Notes under the pieces: model-generated
Seen by the model: the letters and a program-made list of their open reading frames with translations, nothing else
Told to the model about the DNA's origin: nothing
Database searches by the model: none
Part shown: in pieces, positions 32,282 through 43,736 of the stretch
Layout: each line of letters begins with the position of its first letter
Numbering within the stretch: the stretch's first letter is position 1
Assembly: GCA_964579735.1 (NCBI GenBank)
Contig: CAZOHH010000002.1
Coordinates: 4,682 to 68,681 of the forward strand
Direction of reading: 5' to 3'
DNA length: 64,000 nucleotides
DNA from: an uncultured Oscillospiraceae bacterium
GTDB lineage: Bacteria; Bacillota; Clostridia; Saccharofermentanales; UBA5734
Translations under genes and position numbers: made by a program

Positions 32282-32328
32282 TCATCCTCCTAGGGAACTC
32301 CTCGAATCGTTGACCCGGCCATAAATGT

Positions 32329-32684
32329 CGCTTTCCGAGCGGACCTATAAGCCGGGTTCTGTCTTGAACAGCCATCTGTCTACGCCTGCTGTTTCCAGCA
32401 GGCTCCAGCCACCTCCCCGGGACCGGCGGGCAACCGATCGTCCCTCCACGGTGTTGCTCCAGGTGGGGTTTGCATAGCCGACGCGTCGCCGCGCCGCTGG
32501 TGAGCTCTTACCTCGCCTTTCCATCCTTACCGGCCCGAAGACCGGCGGTATCTCTCTGTTGCACTGTCCTTGAAGTCGCCTTCACCGGGAACTACCCGGC
32601 ACCTCTGCCCTATGGAGCCCGGACTTTCCTCGTTCGGGGCCTTTCGGCACACCGCCCGCGGCTGTCCAGTCCGCTCGGAAAGCC
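32329..32684 (-). ncRNA. rnpB: RNase P RNA, bacterial type A
   Basis: Minus strand holds the universal blocks GAGGAAAGTCCGGGCTCCATAGGGCAG, CAGTGCAACAGAGAG, GGTAAGAGCTCACC, ACCTGGAGCAA and ACAGAACCCGGCTTATAGG. P1 pairs CTTTCCGAGCGGAC (32682..32669) with GTCCGCTCGGAAAG (32344..32331). Ends are +/- a few nt. Confidence 0.9.
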
Positions 32685-32689
32685 TCTAC

Positions 32690-32719
32690 ATTATATGTCA
32701 ATCGTGTCGATCCGGGCAA
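32690..32719 (-). promoter_or_regulatory. rnpB promoter (-35 TTGCCC, 18 bp, -10 TATAAT) inside the trmK 3' end
   Basis: TTGCCC 32719..32714 and TATAAT 32695..32690. The trmK TAA stop (32693..32691) lies inside the -10. The predicted start is 7 nt downstream, at the base of P1. Confidence 0.5.
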
Positions 32720-33410
32720 TCCATTTCGCGCGATGCCTTACGGCAACCTGATCGACCGGTTCCGTGGAAGCCGACAGTCCACGGATCTCCTTCTCCAATC
32801 GACGCCGAAGGCTCGCGAGATAGGGCACCAGGGACTCCGGCCGTCGGTCGATGAGGTCGCGTCCGACCAGGAGTTCGAAGTCGTCGTAAGGTTTTGTCGG
32901 AGGGTCTCCCTCCCTGCCCGCTCGGCAGCGCAGGCAGGTATAGAAGCGCCCCGCGTCGAAGGCGACCTCTTCCCTTTCGATGAGGAAGGAGCGGTCGAGC
33001 AGGTAGGCCCGCAGATCAGGAAGGGACTTCATGGGCTGCAGCACGATCGCCGCCACCGTGCGGGCTGCGGCGAGATTCCGCTCGAGGATGTCCGCGGTCT
33101 CGAGCCCTCCTAGACCGGCGACCACGACGACGTCGTCGGAAAGGCAGTCCATTCCATCGAGACCGTCGGCTACCTCCGCGAAGACCCTGTCCGCGGTCCG
33201 GCTTTTGGCGATGTTGCGGCGTGCTACGGCCACGGGACCCTCACGGACATCACGGGCAATGGCGGTGATGCACCTTCCCACCTTGACGAGGTGAATGGGA
33301 AGGTAGGCGTGGTCCGACCCGACGTCAATGACCCGTCGGCATGTCGGAATCAAGCCGGCCACACCACTCAACCGCACGGAGAGCACGGGACCGGACCGAA
33401 CTGGATCCAT
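32691..33410 (-). CDS. trmK: tRNA (adenine22-N1)-methyltransferase TrmK-like SAM-dependent methyltransferase
   Basis: LSGVAGLIPTCRRVIDVGSDHAYLPIHL..VVAGLGG matches the TrmK/YqfN pattern. Sits downstream of sigA, as in Bacillus. Confidence 0.75.
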   Translation of the reverse strand: MDPVRSGPVLSVRLSGVAGLIPTCRRVIDVGSDHAYLPIHLVKVGRCITAIARDVREGPVAVARRNIAKSRTADRVFAEVADGLDGMDCLSDDVVVVAGLGGLETADILERNLAAARTVAAIVLQPMKSLPDLRAYLLDRSFLIEREEVAFDAGRFYTCLRCRAGREGDPPTKPYDDFELLVGRDLIDRRPESLVPYLASLRRRLEKEIRGLSASTEPVDQVAVRHRAKWIARIDTIDI

Positions 33411-33415
33411 CGGGA

Positions 33416-34513
<1,098 letters not shown>

Positions 34514-34525
34514 CCGGATTCCCTC

Positions 34526-36394
34526 CTATTTCGGGTCCTTCATTTCAGACAGTCTTCGTGTGATCGAGAGCAGTTCCTTCTTGAGCTCAGGTAGATCCGG
34601 AGGTGCCGGATCCGATATGATGCGCGATGCAATCTCCTCCCGTCGAGCGCGAAGGCGAAGCCGGCGTGTCCGGAGGAGATGTTGTTCGGCTGTCTGCGCG
34701 GCGTTTTCAAGGTCGGTCGGATCCCCTAGGGACATACAGGCCTTCGCGACCAGGGAGGGCATGGGATGACCAAGCAAGGTCAGGCCTTCGGAGAGGGAGA
34801 CGAGGTCGGAGACGCTGCATCTTCTCTGTAACGCGCGCTCGATCACCGTGGCGGCGAAGCCGCGCATGACGCCTTCCGTGAAGTCGTCGACGACCGGAGG
34901 AGCCTTCATCACGGCAAGCAGACCCGGGACGGTTCCGATCATGCAGACGAGAAGGAATTCCTCCTTGGATGCCTGAGCGGAAATGTTCGTTCCCTCGCTT
35001 GAGTCCTCGTCGGGCTCGAACGCGTCCTGCCGAGGCGTCACGGTCCTTGAAGCCAAGGTCGGTTGGCGGTCGGAAGCACGACCGCTCCTGCGACGATCCA
35101 CCTCCTGCATCACGCTGTCCGGAGAAATGCGGACGATGTCGGCTACCTTTGCGGCGTAGAGTTCGCGGACGATCGCATTGGGTTCGGCGGCGAGCACCTG
35201 ACAGGCATCGTCCTGATAGGAGAGGATGTCCAGGTTTCCATCCCGCGTGTTCTTCCGTTCGGTGACGAGAAGCCGGAAATCCATCAGCGGCAATGCCTTT
35301 TCGATCAGCGCCCGGAACAACTCTGCACCGTTCCGTCGGATGAACTCGTCCGGGTCCTTGCCTTCCGGAACCTGAAGGACGCTGACGCGGCACCCCTTCG
35401 CGGAGAGGATGTCGAGACCTCGGAGCGCTGCGGCCTGACCGGCCGCGTCGGAATCATAGGCTATGACGATGTCCTCCGCGAACTTGCGCAGGGTCGTGGC
35501 CTGGGCGTCGGTCATGGCGGTCCCGAGGGAGGCGACGGCATTGTCGACGCCGGCCTGGTGCATGGAAATGGCATCCATGTATCCTTCCACGATGATCAGA
35601 CGTTTCTGCCGGCTCATCTTGGCGATGTTGAGCGCGAAGAGATGTCGGCCTTTGGTGTAGATCGACGTTTCGGGAGAGTTGATGTATTTCGGATTGGAAT
35701 CATCGAGGACGCGGCCGCCGAATGCGACGATCCGACCCATGACATCGAGGATCGGAAACATGAGGCGTCCGCGGAAGAGGTCGATGAGGCCCCCCGTTCC
35801 GCGCTTCGTGAAGAGGCCGGATCTCGAGAGGAATTCGTCTTCGTAGCCCTTTGAACGGAGATGCTTCAGGAGTCCTTCCCATTCGTCCGGCGCGTATCCG
35901 AGACCAAACCGGCGAGCCGTAGAGGGCTGGATTTCACGCTTCTGCAGGTAATCACGCGCTCGTCCTCCCGCATCGCCCTGGAGCCCGTGGTAGAAATAGC
36001 GGGCAGCCTCGACGGACACCGCGTGGAGGGACTTGTTCAACTCCGAACGCCTGCGGTATTCGTCATCCTCGGGCTCGGGCAGCTTGATTCCAGCTCGGTC
36101 GGCGAGGATGCGGAGGGCATCGAGGTATCCCACTTTCTCGATGTCCTTGACGAAGCCGATCACGTCTCCGCCCTTGTTGCATCCGAAGCAGTAATAGATC
36201 TGCTTCGAGGGGGATACGCTGAAGGAGGACGTGTTCTCGCTGTGGAAAGGACAGAGTCCGAAGAAATTCTGCCCACTCTTCTTCTCGAGGTGGACATGCT
36301 GCTCCACCACGGCGACGATGTCGTTCCGCGCCTTTATCTCCTCGACGAGGCTTTCGGGAATCAAATGGCCCTGTGTCATCGGTTCCTGCCGCAT
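34526..36394 (-). CDS. dnaG: DNA primase
   Basis: Zinc ribbon CPFHSENTSSFSVSPSKQIYYCFGC and TOPRIM (IIVEGYMDAIS..). A second ATG at 36379 is also a possible start. Confidence 0.95.
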   Translation of the reverse strand: MRQEPMTQGHLIPESLVEEIKARNDIVAVVEQHVHLEKKSGQNFFGLCPFHSENTSSFSVSPSKQIYYCFGCNKGGDVIGFVKDIEKVGYLDALRILADRAGIKLPEPEDDEYRRRSELNKSLHAVSVEAARYFYHGLQGDAGGRARDYLQKREIQPSTARRFGLGYAPDEWEGLLKHLRSKGYEDEFLSRSGLFTKRGTGGLIDLFRGRLMFPILDVMGRIVAFGGRVLDDSNPKYINSPETSIYTKGRHLFALNIAKMSRQKRLIIVEGYMDAISMHQAGVDNAVASLGTAMTDAQATTLRKFAEDIVIAYDSDAAGQAAALRGLDILSAKGCRVSVLQVPEGKDPDEFIRRNGAELFRALIEKALPLMDFRLLVTERKNTRDGNLDILSYQDDACQVLAAEPNAIVRELYAAKVADIVRISPDSVMQEVDRRRSGRASDRQPTLASRTVTPRQDAFEPDEDSSEGTNISAQASKEEFLLVCMIGTVPGLLAVMKAPPVVDDFTEGVMRGFAATVIERALQRRCSVSDLVSLSEGLTLLGHPMPSLVAKACMSLGDPTDLENAAQTAEQHLLRTRRLRLRARREEIASRIISDPAPPDLPELKKELLSITRRLSEMKDPK

Positions 36395-36487
36395 CTCTTC
36401 ATATGGTAGATTTCGATGGCAGTGGAACGGATTCCTGCCTGCGTTCGAAAATATTCTCGATGATTCATCAAGGGAATGTCCATGAAC

Positions 36488-37867
36488 CTAGGAGTCCGTC
36501 GAGGTCTCCGCCTTGGCGGCCTTGAGCCAAAGAGCGCATTCGAGGCGTTTCTTCTGCAGCTCGCAACCGATGTCGTATAGACCGTCGATTCGCCCACTCG
36601 CATGGTATGCGTTCGCGGCACAACCGCCGCTGCAGAAGTAGCGGGCCCAGCAGGTCCGGCATTCGTCCTTGTCCGGGACGAGCAGCTTGCGGAAGCGTGC
36701 GCGCAGTTCCGGGTCCAGATGGTATTCCGTATCTCCCGATGCTTCATGGACGTTGCCCATCCGGAACTCAGGCATGCCGACGAACTGGTGGCATGGATAG
36801 ATGTCGCCTTCGGGCGTGACCGCGATGTACTCGGCACCTGCACCGCATCCCTTCAGGCGTTTGTACGCGCATGGACCACCTTCGAGGTCGATCTCGAAGT
36901 GGAAGAAGCGGAGGTTGCTCCCCTTTTGGAACGAATCGAGGCAATGGAGCGCGAGTCGCTCGTACTCCTCGAGGATCGCAGGCAGGTCTTCGTTGCGAAT
37001 AGCGTAATCGGCTTCCGGTGGGGCGACCACCGGCTCGAGGGAGACGGGTCCGATTCCGAGCGATTCGATGTGAGCGACGTCCGCTGCGAAATCGAGGTTG
37101 TGACGCGTGAAGGTCCCGCGGACGTAGTAGGACCGGTCTCCGCGCTTTTCCGCGAACTCCAGGATCCGTTTCGCCACCAGGTCATAGGATCCGCGCCCTC
37201 CCGCGAAGGGGCGCATGCGGTCGTGGGCTTCGGGTCGTCCATCGAGACTGAGCACGAGGTTGTCCATGTGGGCATCGAGGAAAGCGATGCGGGTCTCGTC
37301 GAGCAGCAGCGCGTTGGTCGTGAGGGTCAAGCGGATATGGAGGCCTGTCTCCTTCGACCGCAGCTCGCAATAGGCCGTCAGGTCCTCGACCACTCCGAAA
37401 TTGAGCAGGGGTTCCCCGCCAAAGAAGTCGATGTCGAGGTTGCGGCGGCCCTTCGATTCGCGGATCAGGAACTCGACGGCGTCCTTTCCCGTCTGGAGGT
37501 CCAGGTGGATGCGGCGGCCCGTGCCGAAGTCGCCCGTTCCGGCGAAGCAGTAGGTGCAGCGGAGATTGCAGTCGTGGCTGACATGGAGGCACATCGCCTT
37601 GATGGGGGAATCCTCGGGGTAGAGGTCCTCGACCACGGGTACCGCGGTTTCGGCAAAGAGGGTCCCGTCGGCGATCAGGCGGTCGATCGCGTCGGCCGTC
37701 GACTCCGCATCGGGGTGGTCTGGAAGTGCAGCCGGTTCAGGGCGGAGACCACCGTTCGAAAGGTATACGGCCAGAACCTCCGCGCCGAAATCGTCGAATT
37801 CATGGAGCGAGCCGCTTTCCACATCAAAAGCGAGGTGACGGCCATGCAGACTGAATGAGTGGACCAC
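36488..37867 (-). CDS. scfB: SCIFF peptide maturase, radical SAM/SPASM (thioether cross-link-forming)
   Basis: CNLRCTYC radical-SAM motif and a C-terminal SPASM Cys cluster (..YPCHQF..CRTCWARYFCSGGCAANA). N-terminus VVHSFSLHGRHLAFDVESGSLHEFD resembles ScfB. GTG 37867 is preceded by AGGAGG with 4-nt spacing. Directly follows scfA. Confidence 0.85.
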   Translation of the reverse strand: MVHSFSLHGRHLAFDVESGSLHEFDDFGAEVLAVYLSNGGLRPEPAALPDHPDAESTADAIDRLIADGTLFAETAVPVVEDLYPEDSPIKAMCLHVSHDCNLRCTYCFAGTGDFGTGRRIHLDLQTGKDAVEFLIRESKGRRNLDIDFFGGEPLLNFGVVEDLTAYCELRSKETGLHIRLTLTTNALLLDETRIAFLDAHMDNLVLSLDGRPEAHDRMRPFAGGRGSYDLVAKRILEFAEKRGDRSYYVRGTFTRHNLDFAADVAHIESLGIGPVSLEPVVAPPEADYAIRNEDLPAILEEYERLALHCLDSFQKGSNLRFFHFEIDLEGGPCAYKRLKGCGAGAEYIAVTPEGDIYPCHQFVGMPEFRMGNVHEASGDTEYHLDPELRARFRKLLVPDKDECRTCWARYFCSGGCAANAYHASGRIDGLYDIGCELQKKRLECALWLKAAKAETSTDS

Positions 37868-37885
37868 GGGACCTCCTATGGACCT

Positions 37886-37925
37886 AAAGATAAGGAGCGG
37901 ACGGCGCAAGACGCGCATCCGCTCC
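37886..37925 (-). terminator. Hairpin plus U-rich tract between scfA and scfB (attenuator candidate)
   Basis: Minus strand GGAGCGGA-[TGCGCGTCTTGCGCCG]-TCCGCTCC followed by TTATCTTT. Lies 54 nt after the scfA stop and 19 nt before the scfB GTG. Confidence 0.55.
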
Positions 37926-37978
37926 CCGGTTTTCCGATTCCTCCTGCCGAAGTCTGCCAGAGGGGTGACGGTAGAAAA

Positions 37979-38125
37979 CTACTTCGCTACCCTTTCGCAC
38001 TTCTGGTTGGCGACGGTGCAGCTGGTCTTGCAGGCGGACTGGCACGAGGTCTGGCATTCGCCGCAGGCCTTGCCGTCCAGAGGGACGCGGATGGAGGAAG
38101 TCGAAATGGTCTTCACGTGTTCCAT
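37979..38125 (-). CDS. scfA: SCIFF (six cysteines in forty-five residues) RiPP precursor peptide, 48 aa
   Basis: Hand translation: MEHVKTISTSSIRVPLDGKACGECQTSCQSACKTSCTVANQKCERVAK. It has six Cys, the core GECQTSCQSACKTSCTVANQKCE, and a GGGAGG SD upstream. Below the ORF-track length cutoff. Confidence 0.9.
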   Translation of the reverse strand: MEHVKTISTSSIRVPLDGKACGECQTSCQSACKTSCTVANQKCERVAK

Positions 38126-38149
38126 TGGGGCACCTCCCAGGAATTCGTT

Positions 38150-38476
38150 CTAGTCGGAGATCGGCTTGATCACGGAAGCGATCGCGCTCTTCTTGACTGT
38201 CACGAGGGTTTTCGCAGCACTGGTCGTGATCGTGATCTCATCGTCCTTGATATTGTAGACCTTGCCGAGGATGCCGCCGATGGTGACGCAGTCGTCTCCG
38301 ACGACCATGGAGGAGATCAGGGCCTTCAGGGCCTTCTCCTTCTTCCTCTGGGGCCTGATCAGAACGAGCCACATCACGCCGAACATCGCGGCGAAGGGGA
38401 GAACCATGCCGAGCAGAGCGGACGTGGGGTCTGCCGCCGGGTCGGTCGTCAGGGCGAAACGTACGAGTTCATGCAT
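38150..38476 (-). CDS. yajC: Preprotein translocase subunit YajC
   Basis: 108 aa with a single TM followed by LIRPQRKKEKALKALISSMVVGDDCVTIGGILGKV, the YajC signature. AGGAGGA SD before ATG 38476. The rest of track ORF 38150..39295 overlaps tgt out of frame and is rejected. Confidence 0.9.
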   Translation of the reverse strand: MHELVRFALTTDPAADPTSALLGMVLPFAAMFGVMWLVLIRPQRKKEKALKALISSMVVGDDCVTIGGILGKVYNIKDDEITITTSAAKTLVTVKKSAIASVIKPISD

Positions 38477-38546
38477 TGGGTCAGTTCCTCCTTGTGAAGG
38501 GTGCCGGGACAGGCACCGCGGAAACGGCATCCAAGCCGTCCAACGC

Positions 38547-38576
38547 ATAATACCATCGCAGGTCGGAGGAGTGCAA
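38547..38576 (-). promoter_or_regulatory. Putative yajC-scfA-scfB promoter (-35 TTGCAC, 18 bp, TGgTATTAT extended -10)
   Basis: TTGCAC 38576..38571 and TATTAT 38552..38547, in the 128-nt tgt-yajC gap. Confidence 0.5.
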
Positions 38577-38604
38577 GCCAAATGTATGGAGGGTGGGTCG
38601 CGGA

Positions 38605-40868
<2,264 letters not shown>

Positions 40869-40888
40869 GGCATAATATATATCATGGT

Positions 40889-40918
40889 TTGACGGTGAAG
40901 TATAGCGGATGGTATCAT
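40889..40918 (+). promoter_or_regulatory. dapA-dapB promoter (-35 TTGACG, 18 bp, TGgTATCAT extended -10)
   Basis: TTGACG 40889..40894 and TATCAT 40913..40918. Leaves a ~70-nt leader containing the CCGG-TTCG-CCGG tetraloop hairpin. Confidence 0.5.
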
Positions 40919-40994
40919 CACAAAAAGCCAAAGAGCGCTTGCAGAGAGCCTTTCCGGTTCGCCGGTGGGCAAGCACGCCGAGGAGGTCCAGACC

Positions 40995-41873
40995 ATGAAG
41001 AAAGCCGTATTCTCCGGTGCCGCCGTCGCCATCGTCACCCCGTTCTGTGAATCCGGGGTCGATTATGATCGTCTCGGCGCACTCTGTGAAATGCACGTCG
41101 CCAGCGGGACCGACGCGATCGTCGTCGCTGGCACGACGGGAGAAGCATCCACGATGCCCGACGACGAGCATCTCGCCGTCATCGCTTATGTCGTGAAGAG
41201 GATCGCCGGCCGGATTCCCGTGATCGCCGGCACTGGCAGCAACGACACCGCTCACGGCATCCAGCTCTGCAAGGAAGCCGAGCAGCTTGGAGCGGATGCT
41301 CTCCTCCTCGTCACACCCTACTACAACAAAGCCTCCCAGAAAGGTCTCTACCTGCATTTCAAGGCCATGGCCGACGCGGTCCGCATCCCCATCATCCTCT
41401 ACAACGTACCAGGCCGGACGGGCGTCAACATCTCCCCCGAAACCGTCGCGAACCTCTCGCACATCGACAACATCGTCGGCCTCAAGGAGTGCAACACCAC
41501 CCAAGCGCCCGAAGTGGCCGCACTGTGTGGAGACCGTATCTTCCTCTACTCCGGCGAGGACGGTCAGGTGCTCCCCATCCTGTCCCTCGGCGGAAGGGGC
41601 GTCATCTCCGTGATGGCCAACATCATCCCCTCCGATACGCATCGCATGGTCGCCTCCTACCTTTCCGGGGACCATGCCGAAGCCCTTCGTCTTCAGCTGA
41701 AGACCGTTCCGTTGGTCAAGGCCCTTTTCAGCGATATCAACCCGATCCCGGTCAAGGCCGCGTTGAATCTTCTCGGACACGATGTCGGGGAATGCCGCCT
41801 GCCCCTCTGTTCGATGAGCGATGCCGCGCTGTCCGCCCTACGCGAAGCCCTCGTCGCCTACGGGCTCCTTTGA
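40995..41873 (+). CDS. dapA: 4-hydroxy-tetrahydrodipicolinate synthase
   Basis: MKKAVFSGAAVAIVTPF..VVAGTTGEASTM..TPYYNK..YNVPGRTG. GAGGAGG SD before ATG 40995. Confidence 0.95.
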   Translation: MKKAVFSGAAVAIVTPFCESGVDYDRLGALCEMHVASGTDAIVVAGTTGEASTMPDDEHLAVIAYVVKRIAGRIPVIAGTGSNDTAHGIQLCKEAEQLGADALLLVTPYYNKASQKGLYLHFKAMADAVRIPIILYNVPGRTGVNISPETVANLSHIDNIVGLKECNTTQAPEVAALCGDRIFLYSGEDGQVLPILSLGGRGVISVMANIIPSDTHRMVASYLSGDHAEALRLQLKTVPLVKALFSDINPIPVKAALNLLGHDVGECRLPLCSMSDAALSALREALVAYGLL

Positions 41874-42652
41874 TGGCGACCGAGGCGGCCTCGCCCGTGA
41901 GAATCCTGCTGGTAGGATGCAACGGCCGGATGGGCAGGACCATCAGCACTTTGTCCGCTTCCGGCGATCCCATCCGTATCGTCGGTGGGGTCGATTCGAA
42001 CGTGTCCGTCCTCTTCGATTATCCAGTCTTCGCCTCCTTCGAAGCATGCGATGTCGTTCCAGATGTCATCATCGACTTCTCGAACCCCACCGCCCTCCCC
42101 TCCCTGATCGATTTCGCATTTCATCATTCCCTGCCCATGGTCGTCGCGACGACGGGTCTCGAAGCGTCGCATCGAGAAGCCTTGAAGGTCGCCTCGGATC
42201 GGATTCCGGTATTCGTATCCGCCAATATGTCGCTCGGCATCAATCTTCTTCTCGATCTTGCTGCCAAAGCCGCGTCGGTCCTCTACCCCGAATTCGACAT
42301 CGAGCTGATCGAAGCGCATCACAACCAGAAACTCGATGCACCGTCCGGAACCGCGCTGATGATCGCGGACCGTGTGAACGAAACTCTGGACGGCCGCCTT
42401 CGCTATGTATATGACCGCCATTCCACTCGAGCGAAACGGGAGGGGAACGAACTCGGCATCCATGCGATCCGAGGCGGCAGCATCGTCGGCGAACACACCC
42501 TCCTCTTCGCTGGACCGGACGAGGTGGTCGAGATCCGCCACAGCGCACAATCTCGCGACGTCTTCGCACATGGAGCCATGAAGGCGGCCCGCTTCCTGGT
42601 GGGAAAGACTCCCGGCATGTACAGCATGAAGGACCTGATCGCCGCGTTATGA
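41873..42652 (+). CDS. dapB: 4-hydroxy-tetrahydrodipicolinate reductase
   Basis: VRILLVGCNGRMGR..EAHHNQKLDAPSGTAL. ATG overlaps the dapA stop (TGATG). The track ORF start 41489 lies inside dapA and is rejected. Confidence 0.93.
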   Translation: MATEAASPVRILLVGCNGRMGRTISTLSASGDPIRIVGGVDSNVSVLFDYPVFASFEACDVVPDVIIDFSNPTALPSLIDFAFHHSLPMVVATTGLEASHREALKVASDRIPVFVSANMSLGINLLLDLAAKAASVLYPEFDIELIEAHHNQKLDAPSGTALMIADRVNETLDGRLRYVYDRHSTRAKREGNELGIHAIRGGSIVGEHTLLFAGPDEVVEIRHSAQSRDVFAHGAMKAARFLVGKTPGMYSMKDLIAAL

Positions 42653-42682
42653 CGCAAGGAATCTTCTGGACCTGAAAGAAGC

Positions 42683-42715
42683 AGAAGGACCGCCGGAATT
42701 TCCGACGGTCCTTCT
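42683..42715. terminator. Bidirectional terminator hairpin between convergent dapB and the YesL-like gene
   Basis: AGAAGGACCG(c)CGG-AATTT-CCG(a)CGGTCCTTCT, with A/T-rich stem ends in both orientations. Confidence 0.6.
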
Positions 42716-42739
42716 ACATTGTCCTGCGATTTTCATGAT

Positions 42740-43690
42740 TCAGGGGATATCGATGTTCTTCGGCGGAATGGCTTCAACTTGATGATTGTCGATCATGTAC
42801 TTCCGAAGTTGACGATAGACGAAGAAGTTGTTGAGCAGGAACACGAATCCGAAGGCGAAGAAGAGATAGTAGAAGAAGAGGAAGATGACAAAGGCCTGAG
42901 GCGCAAGGTATACGATGGCGAGAGGCAGCACCATCAGGACGAACAGGTCCAGCAGGAAGATCCCGAGGTTCGGCAGGAAGCGGGCGATGGAGAGCAGGGC
43001 TGCATTCCGTATCATCTTGCCCAGAGACAGCTTGAAGGTGACCATCATCGGATAGAGGTACATCAGCATGAAGGAGATCAGGACCGTGATGATGACGACG
43101 ACGCCGGAGACGAGTCCCTGTATGACGACGCTACCGACCAGAGGGGAATTGAAATAGCCGTAGTCGAAGGCCAGGACGACCAGCGCTACGATGGAAAGGC
43201 TGCCCAGTGCCATGGACTGCTTGAGGTTGCTTCCAGCTGCCTCCTTGAAGTCCATCCATACGAAGGCGTGCTCCTCCCTCGCGTAGTTGCGGAAGAGATA
43301 GGTGACGCCAGCGTGCACGGGTCCGACGACTATGAACGAGAGTCCTACGACCGTGACGGAGGTCAGAAGGTAGGTCAAGGTCAAGTAGAACGTCGCAGCC
43401 TGCTGGATGTCGGCGTCTGGAAGGGATTCGCCGGTGGACTTCAGCAGGATGACGAGATTTTCGTAGGTGAAGCCCGGTACAAGATACTGGAGAAGGGTAG
43501 GCGCCAGGAAGAAGGCCAGCGCGATTGCGGGAAGGCTGAAGAGGAAGTACATCGCGTTGATCGTGACGAGCTTCCAGAATTTGCGGAACAGGATCTCGAA
43601 GAACAACTTGAACGGTCCCTTGGGGGGAGCATTCGCGGGAACGCCCGGACCTTCCTTGGTGTAGTCGAAGAAGCCGAAGAAACCTGCCAT
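42740..43690 (-). CDS. Polytopic membrane protein, YesL/DUF624-like
   Basis: 316 aa with about 6 hydrophobic segments. The assignment rests on the N-terminus MAGFFGFFDYTKEG..FFEILFRKFWKLVTINAMYFLFSLP resembling DUF624; family call from memory only. Confidence 0.45.
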   Translation of the reverse strand: MAGFFGFFDYTKEGPGVPANAPPKGPFKLFFEILFRKFWKLVTINAMYFLFSLPAIALAFFLAPTLLQYLVPGFTYENLVILLKSTGESLPDADIQQAATFYLTLTYLLTSVTVVGLSFIVVGPVHAGVTYLFRNYAREEHAFVWMDFKEAAGSNLKQSMALGSLSIVALVVLAFDYGYFNSPLVGSVVIQGLVSGVVVIITVLISFMLMYLYPMMVTFKLSLGKMIRNAALLSIARFLPNLGIFLLDLFVLMVLPLAIVYLAPQAFVIFLFFYYLFFAFGFVFLLNNFFVYRQLRKYMIDNHQVEAIPPKNIDIP

Positions 43691-43736
43691 GTGAACCTCC
43701 TGGAGACACGGCGGTTACCGCCGGCACGTCTTTAGA

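Noticed and set aside
40919-40994. Lysine (L-box) riboswitch upstream of dapA.
   Set aside because: The leader is only about 70 nt, far shorter than an L-box (~180 nt), and lacks its multi-helix junction. I found just one small UUCG hairpin.
40869-41780. Upstream 300 codons of the 667-aa minus ORF 39777..41780, as if it were a giant QueA fusion.
   Set aside because: That part is antisense to dapA and has G/D/V/R-rich composition. QueA homology starts exactly at MKKRDFEYELP (ATG 40868).
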